Part shown: in pieces, positions 12,270 through 26,161 of the stretch
How positions within the stretch are numbered: position 1 is the stretch's first letter
How the letters are laid out: every line of letters starts with the position of its first letter
Source of the DNA: Lama glama
Taxonomy: Eukaryota
Reading direction: 5' to 3'
Assembly: GCA_028534125.1 (NCBI GenBank)
Contig: CM052816.1
Coordinates: 29,452,001-29,516,000 of the forward strand
DNA length: 64,000 nucleotides
Program-made: the position numbers and the translations under genes
The notes under the pieces: generated by a model
The model's input: the letters and a program-made list of their open reading frames with translations, nothing else
Told to the model about the DNA's origin: nothing
Databases searched by the model: none

Positions 12270-15200
12270 TAATTATAAAATATACTAATTCCTACCAGGT
12301 GAGCTGGCCCAGAAGGTAAATTTACCTTAAATTGACATTTATATTAATGACTCTGACAGATGACAGAAACAGCAAAATAATTAAGAACCTCTATGTAGGA
12401 GAGCTACAAAATCACATTAGAAGACAGTTGGTTCCCATTGTGAAAAGGACTGAATGTGGCTTTAAATCAACAAAGGGAGTACAAATCTAGTCAATTTAGC
12501 CTAGGGCCAAAGCAAGATTAGTTCCAAGACTGAGTACACAGTGCTGGTTAGAATTCTGGGCAGTTTAATTTTAAATGCTTCTCTCTCTCTTTGGAGACTA
12601 TATCCACAGACCTCAAAGAGATTCTGGTATTTAGCCTAATGATTTCCATATGTTAAACACACCTCACTGCCTATAGGCACCAGTCAGATTACTTTCTTCT
12701 GAAAAAGGAGGCTAGACTTTGATTCTTCTCTGTCAAATTATTGCCTTCTATTAGTATGGGAGACATGAACTTCTTTAGCAAACAACTTGAGGCTAGTTGT
12801 ACAAACCCACTGATAAGGGAAGGCTGATTTCCAGCTGTTCCCAACACGCCTTTGTAAATAAAGAGCCAGCAAAACTCTGTCTAATCTTGTAAAGATGTAT
12901 ATTTAAGAAAACATTTTAAAGTGGCTCATGATCTTAATCTCATTTCCCATGCTGCAAACCTAAATCAAATCATTTGTTAAAATTTTTGCTCCATACATCT
13001 CAGCAATCTCAGGATAAGATCATGTCTTTTAAAAACAGACAATGCAGACATTCCCTCAGGCTACATCTTTGCTTTCTAGTCTCCATTTCTTGCTCAAGAA
13101 AGTCATCGTCTTAACTCTAATTGTTTCATTGAGAAATAAAATCAAAATGTCCATAAAAACATAGGAAAGTCTGTGGGAAATAATGTTAAGAGAAAAGCAG
13201 AATATTAAACTATGTATATGCTGTAGTCACAGCTACAATATATAACTATGGATAAGAAGGGAAAGAAATATGAAAAATGAAACAAGCTGTTTTCTCACGT
13301 ATCTAAAATATTACTATTTTTTTTCTTTCTAATTTCTTTTTCTTCTGCTGGGAGCTCTTAATAGTGGGCATAGTTTGTTTGCTTCTTTAAATTATCAGGG
13401 TAAGATCTCAGCTCGACAGACAAGATTTTAGGAGCCAGCTACTCACATCAAGGGTGGTGACTGCCTGGACCACCCTAGAGAGATGACTGCCTGACTCTTC
13501 CCGAACATTCTTTAGGGATAGCAATTCCACAGTTCCAAGTTTAATCCCTGAGAGGGGAGAGAAGCTCTGTCTAACCTGCTAATAGTAGTGGATTTCAAGA
13601 AATGTCCTCGTTTTTAGTTTCAAACTAAAATAATCCTTTAAATGTAAGTAAAAATAATAAAGGGTGAATCATAAAAATGAAGCCATTCTTTCCTACATAT
13701 TTGCTGAGAACACAGGCACACAGATGAGTTCTACAGATGCACAAAACTTGGGTACTGCTCTCAGAAAGGTTATCTAGTGGGGCACACGCAGCTGCAAACT
13801 CAGGGACAGTGGCGGAAGTGACAATGTAATCAATAGACAGGGAGACCAGAATGAGCTACTCAGATTCTTAAGAGGAAGAGATTACTTTAGGACTTTTTTT
13901 TTTCCCTGGTAAAGAACAGAACTCTAGGAAAACCTGCATGGATGAGGCACATTAGAGCTGGATCCTGAAGGGCAGTCTAATTCTGTCCAGGAAAGAGAAG
14001 CCACGGGCATGGAGGGAAGGGAGACATAGTGCTAAAGGCAAAAGCCCGTAAGAGTGGGGTGCGTTCTGGAACTACGCACAGTTTAGGAATGGGAACCAAA
14101 GGAAGTATGCAAAAGAGTACAGAATATCAGACCTGGCCCGGAACATGGAGAGGAGGGTGAGGCAAGTGAGCAAATATTGTCCTTTGGGGCCTGGGCAAGG
14201 GGCCTTGCACTTGCTGTTCTATTTAATCCCCACGGTTGTTTTATAAGTGAGAAGACTGACACTCCGAGAAGTCACACAGTTTCCAAAACACACGCCCTTT
14301 GCCGACACAACCCTGCACTAGCATGGCGCCCGGTGCCCAGCTGGTCCTCCACAAACGCTGCCAGATGAACGTGTAGCCCACCTGCAGGCCTCCCCGTGGC
14401 AGTGCCACCGTATGGCTCTTCTGCACTGGGTTTTGATAGCCATTGGGAGCAACTGAAAATTGGGAGTTAGAGGATGCAGTTACCTGAGAGCCATGTGTTA
14501 AGATGAGGACAGTAGAGGCTGGGGAGGTGACGGGGTTACTTAATGTTGGGAAACTACAGTGTTTACAGGCAGCATCTTGCTCTGGTCAGTGTGCGCTATA
14601 TATACAGATTTTTCTAAGGAAGTATTAGAATGCCTCAAAGGCTCAACTGAAATCTAAATTCTCTCCTTTATCAAACGTATTTTTATTATGAAATTTAAGC
14701 ACAATAGAAGATATAAAATGAAAAGTTAAACTCCTTTCCCTGCTTCAAACCGAGAGTTCCACTATTAATAGTATGTTGTTCATTCTTCTTAAAAAAAAAA
14801 AGCTTATGCACTCATAAACATATAATATGCCTTTTTTCTAAACATAATGAGATCGTTATTTTGCTTTTTGACTTAATCTGTCTTGGAGATCTTTCCCTAT
14901 CAGTGCACACAGACCAACCTTGTTCTAAAGATGCATAATGTTTCATGTCACGGAAGTATCGTAATATATATGTAAGCTGTGGATGCATAATCAGGTTGTT
15001 CAGAGTTTTCATCGTGTTTATTCTTAAAAACAACACTGTAATGAAGTCTTTTTGTCCCAAACTGAATTCACTTATGGTCACTCGTATCAGCTTCTTGGAT
15101 AGTCACAGATGCACTCTCTGGTGTAAGACATAATTTAGCAAATTTCCTTGTGTGTTAGTATAGTTAGCAGTCACTTATCTTAGCAATGAAGGGGAACACA

Positions 15201-15826
15201 AAGATAACCTAAAAATAAATTTACTCACAGGAATATCTCACTCTGTAGCCCTGGAGCCTCCTGGAAAGACTCAGGGTCAGTGTTCTGGCTTTCCCACCCT
15301 GGGCTCCTCGTATAGAATTCCTCATTCCACACTGGGGCAGGATGGCATTCCTTCCAGAGGAATCCAGGGGTTTGCCCTTCTTGCTCTACCACTGGCTTCA
15401 GCCTCCCTTGGTTTCCATGCTTAAAATGTCAATAAAAGTGCAGACTGTAACAATCAGAATCGTAGAATTTATGAGGTGAAAGGGATTAGAGATTATCTAG
15501 TCTACACTTTACATTTCTTAGAGGTAGCAGTTATGACCCAGAGGGCTGACTATCTCCACAAAGTCACCCAGCCTGTTGCTGTTCAGCACCCCCTCTGCAT
15601 ATCTATTCCAGAGCTTTTTCCATTACATGGTACCAAGCAACATCTGTATCCTTTGCTTAATTATTTCAGAAAGACCATGTAAGCAAAATCTGTCTATAAT
15701 ATCCCCTGGTCGGAAATCATGATGCAAAAAACAAAAAACAAAAAAAAGACCATTCTGAGAGGATATGTAGAGATAGCACAGGTAGTAAGAAATTTTTTAA
15801 AACCTTACTTTAGATCATTTTAACTT

Positions 15827-16128
15827 CTTTTTTTAATTGAAGTATAGTCAGTTTACAATGTTATGTCAATTTCTGGTATACAGCATAATGTTTCAGTCAT
15901 ACATGTGCATACATATATTCTTTTTCATTATAGGTTACTATAAGATATTGAATATAGTTCCCTGTGCTATACATAAGAAGCTTGTTGTTTATCTAGTTTA
16001 GATATAGTAGTTAGTATCTGCAAATCTCAAACTCCCAATTTATCCCTTCCCTCCCACTTCATCCCTAGTAACCAAAAGTTTGATTTCAATGTCTGTGAGT
16101 CTGTTTCTGTTTTGTAAGTTCATTTGTG
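15827..16128 (-). mobile_element. 5'-truncated L1 3' end with perfect 12-bp TSD
   Basis: Same family as 1472-2080. TSD tcattttaactt at 15815-15826 and 16129-16140. Confidence 0.9.
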
Positions 16129-17009
16129 TCATTTTAACTTATTTCTCCACCAAATTCACTACCAGAATGTCTAGCAAGTGTTAAAACTGACATATTTATG
16201 CTTCACCTCCCTTCTCCTGTCCCTTGTGGAGGTGTTAACAAGTGAGTGCTGGTAACACTGCTGACTTGTTATTAGCAAGACATGCAGCTTGCAAGTTGTC
16301 TGCAGTCCTGAGAATGGATTTCAAATCTGGGACTACTCCAGGCGGTGAGACTCCAGAGCCATATTTCTATTACTCCCCGCTCTTCCTCCTATTCATGCTG
16401 CTTAGTCTAAATCAGGAATCTTGAAGAGCTCTCAGAAAAGTCTGCTCAAGATCTAAACATAAACATCACAGGGTTGCCAGTTGCACCCCCTAGATCCTGG
16501 AGGCCAGCTCTATTACTGACCCTCAGGAAGACCTGCAAACTGCCTCTGAAGCCTGTGTTTCTGCAGGAGGAAGTACTGCAATATGTTTAAGAACCAAAGG
16601 ATGTGAATATCAGTTTTGCTTCTGACCAGGGGTAAGTACTTCAACTCTCATGGTCTCAGTCTCCTCATCTTTAAGATGGGAACAGTAATGAGAGAACCTA
16701 GGATCCAGCGATGTCTATGAAGAGCCAGTACAATGTCTGGAACATAGTAAGTGCTCAATAAATACTGAACTTCTACCACCACACCTGGCTCACACAGGAG
16801 CCAACCAGGGGCAAAAGGCAAAAACACAGACAGCTGGGAGTAAGAAAAGAAGAAAAAGTCTTCAGTATGATTTCTGCAGAGTTAACAAAAGCAGAATAGA
16901 AAATGGTTACATTTTCACACGAGTCCATATTTGTCTATGGAGAGTCCTAGGAGCAAATAAGTATTCCCAGGGCTGTTTCAATTGAAACTTGAGACATGAC
17001 ACCTAGGCT

Positions 17010-17870
17010 GGGACAGCCTCTATGGAAAACAGTATAGAAGCTCCTCAAATAATTAAATACAGAATTACCATGGGATCCAGCAATACCACTTCTGGGTATT
17101 TATCTGCAGAAAACGAAAACACTAATTAAAAAAGATATATGCACCTGTATGTTCAATGTGGCATTACTTACAATAGGCATAGAAACAACCACATCCATCG
17201 ATGGATGAATGGATAAAGAAGATGTAGGGGTGTGTGTGTGTATGTATATGTATATTATAATTAATGTTATGTATAATATTAATATATGTTACATATGTAA
17301 AATACATATGTAGTATTATACAAATATAATGGAATACTACTCAGTCATTAAAAGAATGCAGTCTTGACATTTGTGACAATATGAATGGACCTTGAGGGCA
17401 TTATGCCAAATGAAATAAGTCAGACAAAGAAAGACAAGTACTATATGATTTTACTCATATGTGGAATCTAGAAAACAAAACAAATGAACAAACAAAACTA
17501 AATTAAATTCATAGATACCAAGAACAGAATGGCCATTGCCAGAGGGGAGGAAGGTTGCGGGGTGCGTAAAACGGATAAAGAGGGGTAGAAGGTCAAGAGG
17601 TACAAACTTTCAGCTGTAAAATAAGTAAGTCACAGGGATGTAATGTACAGCATATAGTCAATAATATTATAGTATATATTTGAAAGTTGCCAAGAGGTAA
17701 ATCTTTACATTGCTCATCATAAGAAAAAAAAATTTTATAACTTTGTATGGTGACAGCTGGTAACTAGACCAATTGTAGGGATAATTTTGCAGTGTATACA
17801 AATATCAAATCATTATGTTGTACACCTGAAACTAATACACTGGTATGAGCCAAATGTACCTCCAAAAAAC
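17010..17870 (+). mobile_element. L1 3' portion (ORF2 end and 3' UTR)
   Basis: Motifs gatccagcaataccacttctgggtatt, atggaatactactcagtcattaaaag and gtacacctgaaactaata. Confidence 0.88.
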
Positions 17871-19399
17871 CCAACCCAAACCAAAACCAGAACACTAGAT
17901 CTTGGAAAAAACTCACTAGGGTGGATCAGGCTGAGGAGTTGCCTCTTAGGGGCCCAGGCCCAGGAGTAGAAAGCCAGGCTGCACAGTTCCTCACCTCAGG
18001 GGCCTGACCAAGAAAAGAAAACTCGGACAACCAGAGCAATTTCTCATGTCAAGGGTGGCTTTTCTATATCAATGAGTCTGTTACCAGCAACATTTGCCCG
18101 GCGAGGTCAAGGCTGTGGGGTTTCACTTTCCTTCATACCTGAAATAAGAGATTACCTCAGAATTCACATCCATTGGGGAAGAGCCACTATCCCATCACTT
18201 CTGTATTACTTTCATCATCGCTTTTGCGGGTGAACTTCTGTAAAAGCCAGGTATCACGATGGTTTTTCGTTTTTTAATTATATGGCAATGATATACTCAA
18301 GAAGAAGAAAGAAAAAAAAGATCTGCACGGCCCAGAGGCCAGGACCTAACAAGGACAGCCAGGGCAGGGACATCACAGGACTATAGTGAAGGCCAGGCCT
18401 AAAATCAGGCAGCCCAAGGTCATGTCCATATGACCATTACTCTAAGAAGTATGGTATTAGAGGTCAAAGGTCACAAACTCAATTGATAAATGAAATATGT
18501 GACTGACAGGATAACACAGCAGCAAGCAGCAGAGGCTTTGGCCAAACTGGCATGCGTAACCAACCAACTGGCATTTAAATTTTGAAAACTAAATACAGTG
18601 TGTATGTTGAGCAAATTACACGAGGGATCACACCTGGGTGAGGGCTCCCATTCTGATGTCCTGCTGTGGGTTCTGGTGGCCAAGAAGTGAACAGCGAAAA
18701 AGTCAGCCAAGAAAGGAAAGGGCAGGCGGCAGCACCAGCACCCTCAGAGAAAGGAGGGTCTGGGCCCACCATGCCAGGGGCCTGGGCCATTACACCCACA
18801 ATGAGAAGGCAAAGGACCCACCTCCGGGAGGGCAAGCAGGCACCGGGACCACGGGAGCATTCGCTGTGGAGCCGACACTCAGTGAGCCGGGGGTTCCTAG
18901 TGCAATCGTCTTGGAAAAGCAGCATCACGAGAACATGGTCTGACAACCGGACGCGGTGAGTACAGGGACAGGCCGGGACCCACGGGGGCCGCACACACAC
19001 CCCCTGCTCAGGGCAGAGCCTCCCCACCCAGCCGGCCAAGTCTGAGGCGAAGCCGCACCTGATAGGAGGAAAAGAGTCAAAGGGGAGGGGCAGCTTCTAA
19101 CAGGCTGAAGGAAAGGGAAAAACCACATCCTTCCACTGCATCTGTTGCATAAACAAGCATGTATTTAGTGCTAACTGTGCACCTTCCAAGGTACAGCTGA
19201 GGTTACAAAGATTTAAAAAACTATAGTTACTGAGAGTAGGTGGCTTCCTCTAGGTTAACAGGAGGGAGAGATTATTTGGCACCAGGGTTACCCAAGTTTC
19301 AAACTTGGATTTGGTAACATACCATCTCATTAACCACTTTACTGGAATGCTAGGTAGACAGTATATTGAAGGAAAAAGATGTAGAGTTGATGCTCTCAA

Positions 19400-21300
19400 A
19401 AGTGACCTAGAGAGGGAAAGAAAATGAGGTCATCGTCATCATCAGACTTTTGACAACACACTTTGTCAGAAGAAAATGAAGTAATATATTTAAAATTCTC
19501 GAGGAAAGAAAATTGAGCCAAGTGTGTTATATCCAGCAAAACTGACCTTTAATATAAAGGTCACAGAGTTTTATCAAGAAATTAGGGGGAAAAGAAAGAA
19601 ATTGGGAATACTATTCCCAAGAGCACTTCCTAAGGAATTCACGAGACAAATGGCTTCAGTCAAAATGTGTAGGGACAATAAGCATGACATATATAGTTGC
19701 CTGCAGAAATAAGACTAGATGAATATGAAAAGGGAGGTATTTCAGTATATAATGGCTACATGATCTGACAAATGCAGATACAGAACAACCAAAAAAAAAA
19801 AAGTGGGGAATAATGGGTATGGCATAAGCCAAAGAAAGTATTTTTACTTTTTTCATTAATCAGAGCTGATTACTGGGAGACTGCTTACATGTAACACAGG
19901 ACAATCAAATAGGTAACTAAAAGATATTCTATCTCCCTTGTGGCTAAAAAGCCAAGATCCTAAGCATGAAAGGAAGGAAATACAAATGTAATATAGAAGA
20001 GGCTAAACAAAAACCCCGTACCCTTGAATTTCACTTGGAAATATCAATATGATCTTACAAAGTGTTGTATCTTTGTATGTGTATATATGTTTGTATGTGT
20101 GTGTGCGTGTGTGTGTATTTTCTCAGCTTTGACCAATGAAAAGGCCTAGAAACAACGACCATTCCACTGAATGAGCATCCCTAGTGCTGGATTATGGTCC
20201 TGAAATATCATTCTTACTAAAAGAAACGAGGGATTCTTGAGGAATGGCTGATTCCAGGTCTAGGCAGAAAATGTACAAGACAAGCCTGGATCACCATAAC
20301 ACACCAGATAACATGGAAGCTAAGGTCACGGCAGAAGGACCCAGGAGCCAGCTTGAAGAAGCCCCCACTAGTCAAAGATAGGACAGTCTGAGTTTTATTA
20401 AATATACTGAATTTCATGATCATAACAATAAAGAAAATGTCCTAAGTGGTCCCCTTTTGAGAATGACAGGAAACCAATTCTCAAAAAGTGGGTAAATCAA
20501 AGGAAAGAACTGAGCATTCATCTTGTTTTTCCTATGTGACCTATACCACTGTGTAATCAAATAACAGATGGAAGGGAAGTCTATCTTTATAAAACTATTC
20601 CAGCTAATAAGTAAAAGCAAAATGGTAGAATTAGAATATCACTATTATGCAATCCCCAATGAATTAGGGTCAATCTAGACATTGAGGGTCAACATCTTCT
20701 AAAGGCAAAAAAAGAGCAGAAAAAACAGATGTTGTGTGCCTCTCAGTGAAAGAATATAACAGCACTGTAATCTTGCCAGAGGGATCAAACCTGAGTCTGA
20801 TCAAGGCTCTGGACCTAGACACAGGAAATAGAGTGCAAGGGAATAAGCTGAAGTGCACGATGAGGGTGCATCTCTCTTGTTACCAAGACTGTGGGAAACT
20901 CTGCAGATCAAACTGCCCAAATCCTCCAACAACAGAAACATTATTCTTTTAAATAAGGGAGGATGTTAAGGAAATATGTAGATTAGAAGAGACAAGTTGT
21001 TTTTTGTTTTGTTATGTTTTTTAATGGGCAACAGTAAACTACAGTGTGTCAGGCTGCTCAGCTGGGTGATAAAACCATAAAGAGATGTAGGAAGTTATTA
21101 CTATAAAAGGTAGGATGGCATTTACTTTTGGAAGGACAAAGGAGAACGTGAATAGGACAGGGAGGGTAGCTGGTAAAGTTCTATTTCTTGATGTGAGTGA
21201 TGGCTGTATGAGTGTTTGCCTTATAATAATTAACTAAGGTGTACCTCTGTTTTATGTGGGGGCATTTTTTGTTACTTGTATTTTATTTTGCAATAAAAAG
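19400..21300 (+). mobile_element. Degenerate old L1 (L1MC/L1ME-like) fragments
   Basis: Recognisable L1M motifs (tatatccagcaaaactgacc; gagggatcaaacctgagtctgatcaagg; gttctatttcttgatgtgag). Confidence 0.6.
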
Positions 21301-21309
21301 TGAAAAGAA

Positions 21310-22085
21310 AATCTAACATTTTCTCATACTGTATAAAAAAAAACTCAAAATGGATTTAAAGATCTAAATGTAAGACTAGAAACCATAAAACACCTAGAAG
21401 AAAACATAGGTATTCACTGATGTAAATCATAGCAATATCTTTTTGGATCTGTCTCTTAAGGCAAAGGAATCAATATACCCACTCCTGGTTGTATTTCCAA
21501 AGAACCTGAAAACATGAATTCAAAAAGACACATGCACCCTATTGTTCATTTCAGCATTATTTACAATAGCCATGATATGGAAGAAACCTAAGTGTCCATC
21601 GACAGACCAAATGGATAAAAAAGTGGATAATATAAGTGGAATGGATAATATGATGGAATATTACTCAGCCATAACAACATCTGAACAACATGGATGGAAC
21701 TGGAAGGTATTATGCTTAGTGAAATAAGGCAGACAGAGAAAGACAAATGCTATATGTTATCATTTATATGTGAAATCTAAAAAATAAACAAATGTATATA
21801 ACTAAATAGGCACAGACTCACAGATATAGAGAACAAACTAGTGGTTACCAGTGTGAAGAGGGAAGTAGGGAGGGGCAAGATAGGGGTAAGGGGTGAAGAG
21901 GTACAAACTACTATATGCAAAATTAATAAGATACAAAGATCTATTCACAGCACAGGAAATATAGCCAATATTTCATAATACCTTTAAATGGAATATAATC
22001 GATAAAAATATTGAATCACCATGTTGTACATCTGAAACTAATATATAAATCAACTATACTTCAATTAAAGAAAAAGCAATAAAGT
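21310..22085 (+). mobile_element. L1 3' portion with internal deletions
   Basis: ORF 21542..21727 (MFISALFTIAMIWKKPKCPST) is the L1 ORF2 C-terminus, followed by the 3' UTR and an A-rich tail. Confidence 0.9.
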
Positions 22086-24011
22086 AACATTTTCTTTTTT
22101 TTTTAAGATAAAAAAAAGAAAATCTAGTTGTGTCAGCACAAGAGTCAACTGATGGGAAAGCCAGCCAGTCAGAGAGAAGGGCAAGGGGCCAGCAGCCAGT
22201 CAGCTGGGAGCCATTGTTTGATGAAGGACTTCTGTGTCAGTGTTCTGCTCATGTTGATGATAAACAATTTCATCCACAGTGCTTTAATGAAAATTGGCCT
22301 TATAGCACTTCAAACTATTTGTTAATAATTTATTACTTTATTTATATGAGAAATCTAAAAAATAATAACAATAATCATAGGAACACAAATGAACTAATTA
22401 TTTATAAGCTGATTGACTTCTTCAATATGTGTAAGCACATTTGACTGTCCTTTATGATTGGATTACTGCATTCTGTTGATTCTTATTTTGTAGTTGGCTT
22501 TATTCCCTTGATAACTACATAAGTGTAAAAAGCTAAAGCTCTAATCTGTTCTTAGAAACAATAATCAGTACATATATGTAAACTAAAAAAAAGTGCAATA
22601 TACTGTATATATGTATTGACATGCAATATAACGTGTATGTGCAGTCGAACTGTAACAATTCTACCTAATAAAACTGAAAAAGGGAAAAAGAAAAAACCAA
22701 AACTTACAGCAATGACATACTCCAAAATATCTCAAAGGCACTCCCAACTCAAAATGACATCTTGGATGCCTAAGTGGGACTGCCAAGAGCTGCAGGGTGT
22801 TGAGTTCTCACAGACATAAGATGAATGAATCACTTGACTCAAAGTTGTACCATTCAGCATACGAACCTAGTGCAGCTTCAAGTTCCCAGAATCAGACAAG
22901 AAACCTAAACTCCTTACTCCCCTAGTCGGCTCCAGATCAAAGTTATTAGCAATAGTAGATTTAAAAAAACAAACAAAACAATTTTCCCCAAACATTAAGC
23001 ATCCTAAAGTCTACGTGAACTGTCACACCCAAGATGTCGTTACAGCTTTGGCAGCGTGGGTTCTGGACTAAGAGAAGAAACACAGGCTCCCAAGGTCTGT
23101 ACTGAGCTGTGTGGATAGGATCTCGGAGCAGTGGCTTCACTGCGTTCGTTCCCAGCATCACAGTCACAAGAAACACATAGCCCTGCATCTACCGTGGCCA
23201 GCTCCCAGTGCCTAAGCACTCTGCAGGGCACAATCTGCACAATGATCACCCAGAAGTTGTCTCAGCTGTTGTAAAATTGTCCTCACACGAAGAATCTACA
23301 ACCTGAGACAAATTTGCCATCACTCAGATTGGCACTCTGCTGTACAAACCAATAATGAAAGACCTATTCCTCTGGGTCATTAAAATTGCCCGACTTCTCC
23401 CCAGTATGAAATAGGAGATAAAGGTTATCTTCTCAGTTTGGGAAGTGCAGCTCCATTGATCTTGAACTTCCACAGCCTTACTTTGAAATGTGAATTACCT
23501 GAACTAAACATAGGATTTGGGGTACAATCTGCAGATGGCAGCAGTCCGAGAATGACAGACCCTAAGTGCCGGGATGTGGCACTGTAGAGGAGACTGTCCT
23601 GGCTTGTTGAAGGTCACCAAGTGAGTGAGTGTCAGCTAGGCACACGCTCATGGTTCATCTTTCAACTATTAAAAACAAAATTTTGAGTATATCTCCACTG
23701 TAAGATGTGAAGAATAAAATAGGACATAAACTATAAATGGGGCATACGCATACTACCATGGGACACACAACCACGAAGGAGACTCCGACTGGCTGGAGAG
23801 GTAACAGCCTTTGACAGCTCACAGACAATGAGGGAGTTGGTAGCAGTTTACTGAGGAGTAATACCCTGTGGCAGTTCAGAGCACAAGTATGAGAGGCAGC
23901 TGAGCTGCCGGGTGTGACTCCCAGCTTGGCCAGGCATCTGTGGTAGGTTATTTAACCTCCCCAAACCTTAATTTCTCATCTCCAAATGCAGTTTAACAAT
24001 AATACCTTTCT

Positions 24012-24255
24012 GGGTAGGGGAGGGATAAATTAAAAAATTATCAGATACACACTACTATATATAAAATAAATAACAAGGACCTACTGTATAGCACAGGGAG
24101 CCATATTCAGTTTCTTATAATAACCTATAACAGAAAAGAATCTGAAAAAAAAGTATGTATATACATGGCTGAATAGCTTTGTTGTACAGTTTAAACTAAC
24201 ACTGTAAATCAATTACACTTCAATAAACAATAAAATAAGATAAAATAAAAAAACC
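24012..24255 (+). mobile_element. L1 3' end inserted in a MIR
   Basis: L1 3' UTR motifs and A-rich tail. Approximate TSD taatacctttct / taatacatttct. Confidence 0.8.
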
Positions 24256-25266
24256 AGTAATACATTTCTCACAGATCTGTTACAAAGATGAAATGGGATA
24301 TGGTGTATTAAGCACTTCCCACAGTGCCCGGCCCATCACAAGTACCCAAAAATGTTTGCCATGATTACTGTTATTGGGGTGGTAAACATTTGCAGAAACA
24401 GAAAGAACTCTCTATCTGATGAGCATCTTCTGGATTTCAATGCAACATGCTGTCCCCCAAACTAAGAGAGGCAATTTTTATTATCCCACAACCCTTCACA
24501 TTAAAAAGTCACTGCTAGTAGTAATTATGTGCCTGTGTGTGATTTTCAACACCTTCCACATCTTGGCTTTGGTTTCTCCCAACCACTAATCTTGGGTGGT
24601 TTATTTTAACACCAATAAAACCTGGGATGATTATTATCAGTAAGAGTGTTGGCCTTATCTAGCCTAGACAGCTAGGGCATGGGAGCCTGGGGCTGGGGCA
24701 GATGCTATTTGTCTGCCCAGGAATCATGCCCCTCTCTGTCCTTTTTTTTTTTAATCTGTCCTTCCTATTGGTACAGACAGCCTCCCACAGTAGAAGCTGT
24801 CCCTCAAAGTCCATGACACTCTCACAGCTTCCCTGGCAGCTGTGACTCAGTTCTGGACAATGAGGCCTGAGGAGGCTTCAAGAAAGATTTGGTCGTCTGA
24901 TGAAAAGAGATGGACACCACAAGAGGACAGATTCATCACCACACGCTGTGCCTACCTCCCCCGACACCCACAGGCACTTTCTGCCTCTGAATGAATTTGG
25001 AGAAGCCTGTGATACCCATTCCCTGAAGAAGCTATTTTCTGTCTGTGAGGCAGGTGGCAAGTCTGCAGAAAAAAAGTAACGTGCTGAGGATGGAAGAGTA
25101 GAAGGATGGAAAGAACCTGGTCCCTGATGATACTGTTTGAGCCACTGACTCAACTCTGGACTGGACCAATCCCAGACTACCCTTCACCTAAGATAATGTA
25201 ATGTCTTTACTGTTTAAACCACTGTTAACTGGGCTTTCTCTTACCTGCAGCCTAAAGCATCCTAAC

Positions 25267-25480
25267 TGTTATAGTCCGAATCATGTCCATTCAGAATTCC
25301 TATGTTGATGCCCTTACCCCTAGTCCCTCAAAATGGGACTGTATTTTGATATATGGTCTTTAAAAAGGTGATTCAACAGCTATGAGGCTTTTAGGGTGGG
25401 TCCTAATGCAATCTGACTGGTGTCCTTATAAGAAGAGGAGATTTGGGTACACAGACACCAGGGGCATATGTACAAAAGAA
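25267..25480 (+). mobile_element. MLT1A/B-type LTR fragment
   Basis: Motif gggtgggtcctaatgcaatctgactggtgtccttataagaagagg. Confidence 0.75.
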
Positions 25481-25778
25481 ACTGAGAGAATTTGTTGCCA
25501 GCAGCTCTGAACTACAAGTAATAGTAAAGGAAGTTCTTCAGGGTGAAGGCCAAAAAAATACCTGATGGAAGCTTGGGTCTACACTAAAGAATGCAGACCT
25601 TCAAATAAGTGGATATATATGAAATATGAAAAAAACTTTTTGCCATGTTTCCATTTCTTTAAAAGATCATTTCAGTTAAAACTAATAACCATCATTTCTG
25701 AGGATACATATATGTGGAAGTAAATCATATGACAGTTACGTTAAGGGTATTACTTGTGATTCCCTTTACAAAAGTGAA

Positions 25779-26161
25779 TGTTATAGACAGAATTCTACCC
25801 CCTCCCCTCAAATTCATATGTTGAAGCCCTAACCCTCAATGTGACTGGAGACAGGGCCTTTGAAGAGGAAACCAAGGTTCAATAAGGTCATAAGGGTGGG
25901 GTCCTAATCCAGTAAGACTGCAGTCCTTCTGAAAAGAGAGGAGAGAGTCGGCAGATGCGAGTGCACAGAGAAAAGACCATGTGAGGACACCAGGAAAATG
26001 TGTTAATTTGCAAACTTCTGAGAGAGGCCTCAGGAGAAGCCACACCTGCTGACACCTTGACCTTGGCCTTCCAGCCTCCAGAGCTGTGAGAAACTAATTT
26101 CTACAGTTTAAGTCACCCAGTCTGTGGTATTTTGTTATGGCAGCCCCAGCAAATTGTTACA
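25779..26161 (+). mobile_element. Near-complete MLT1A/B-type solo LTR
   Basis: TG...CA ends with motifs ctgctgacaccttgaccttggccttccagcctccagagctgtgaga and gtattttgttatggcagc. Confidence 0.85.

Noticed and set aside
18575..19039. 154-aa minus-strand ORF and overlapping plus-strand ORFs
   Set aside because: Expected in GC-rich sequence, has a non-ATG start, and shows no recognisable homology.
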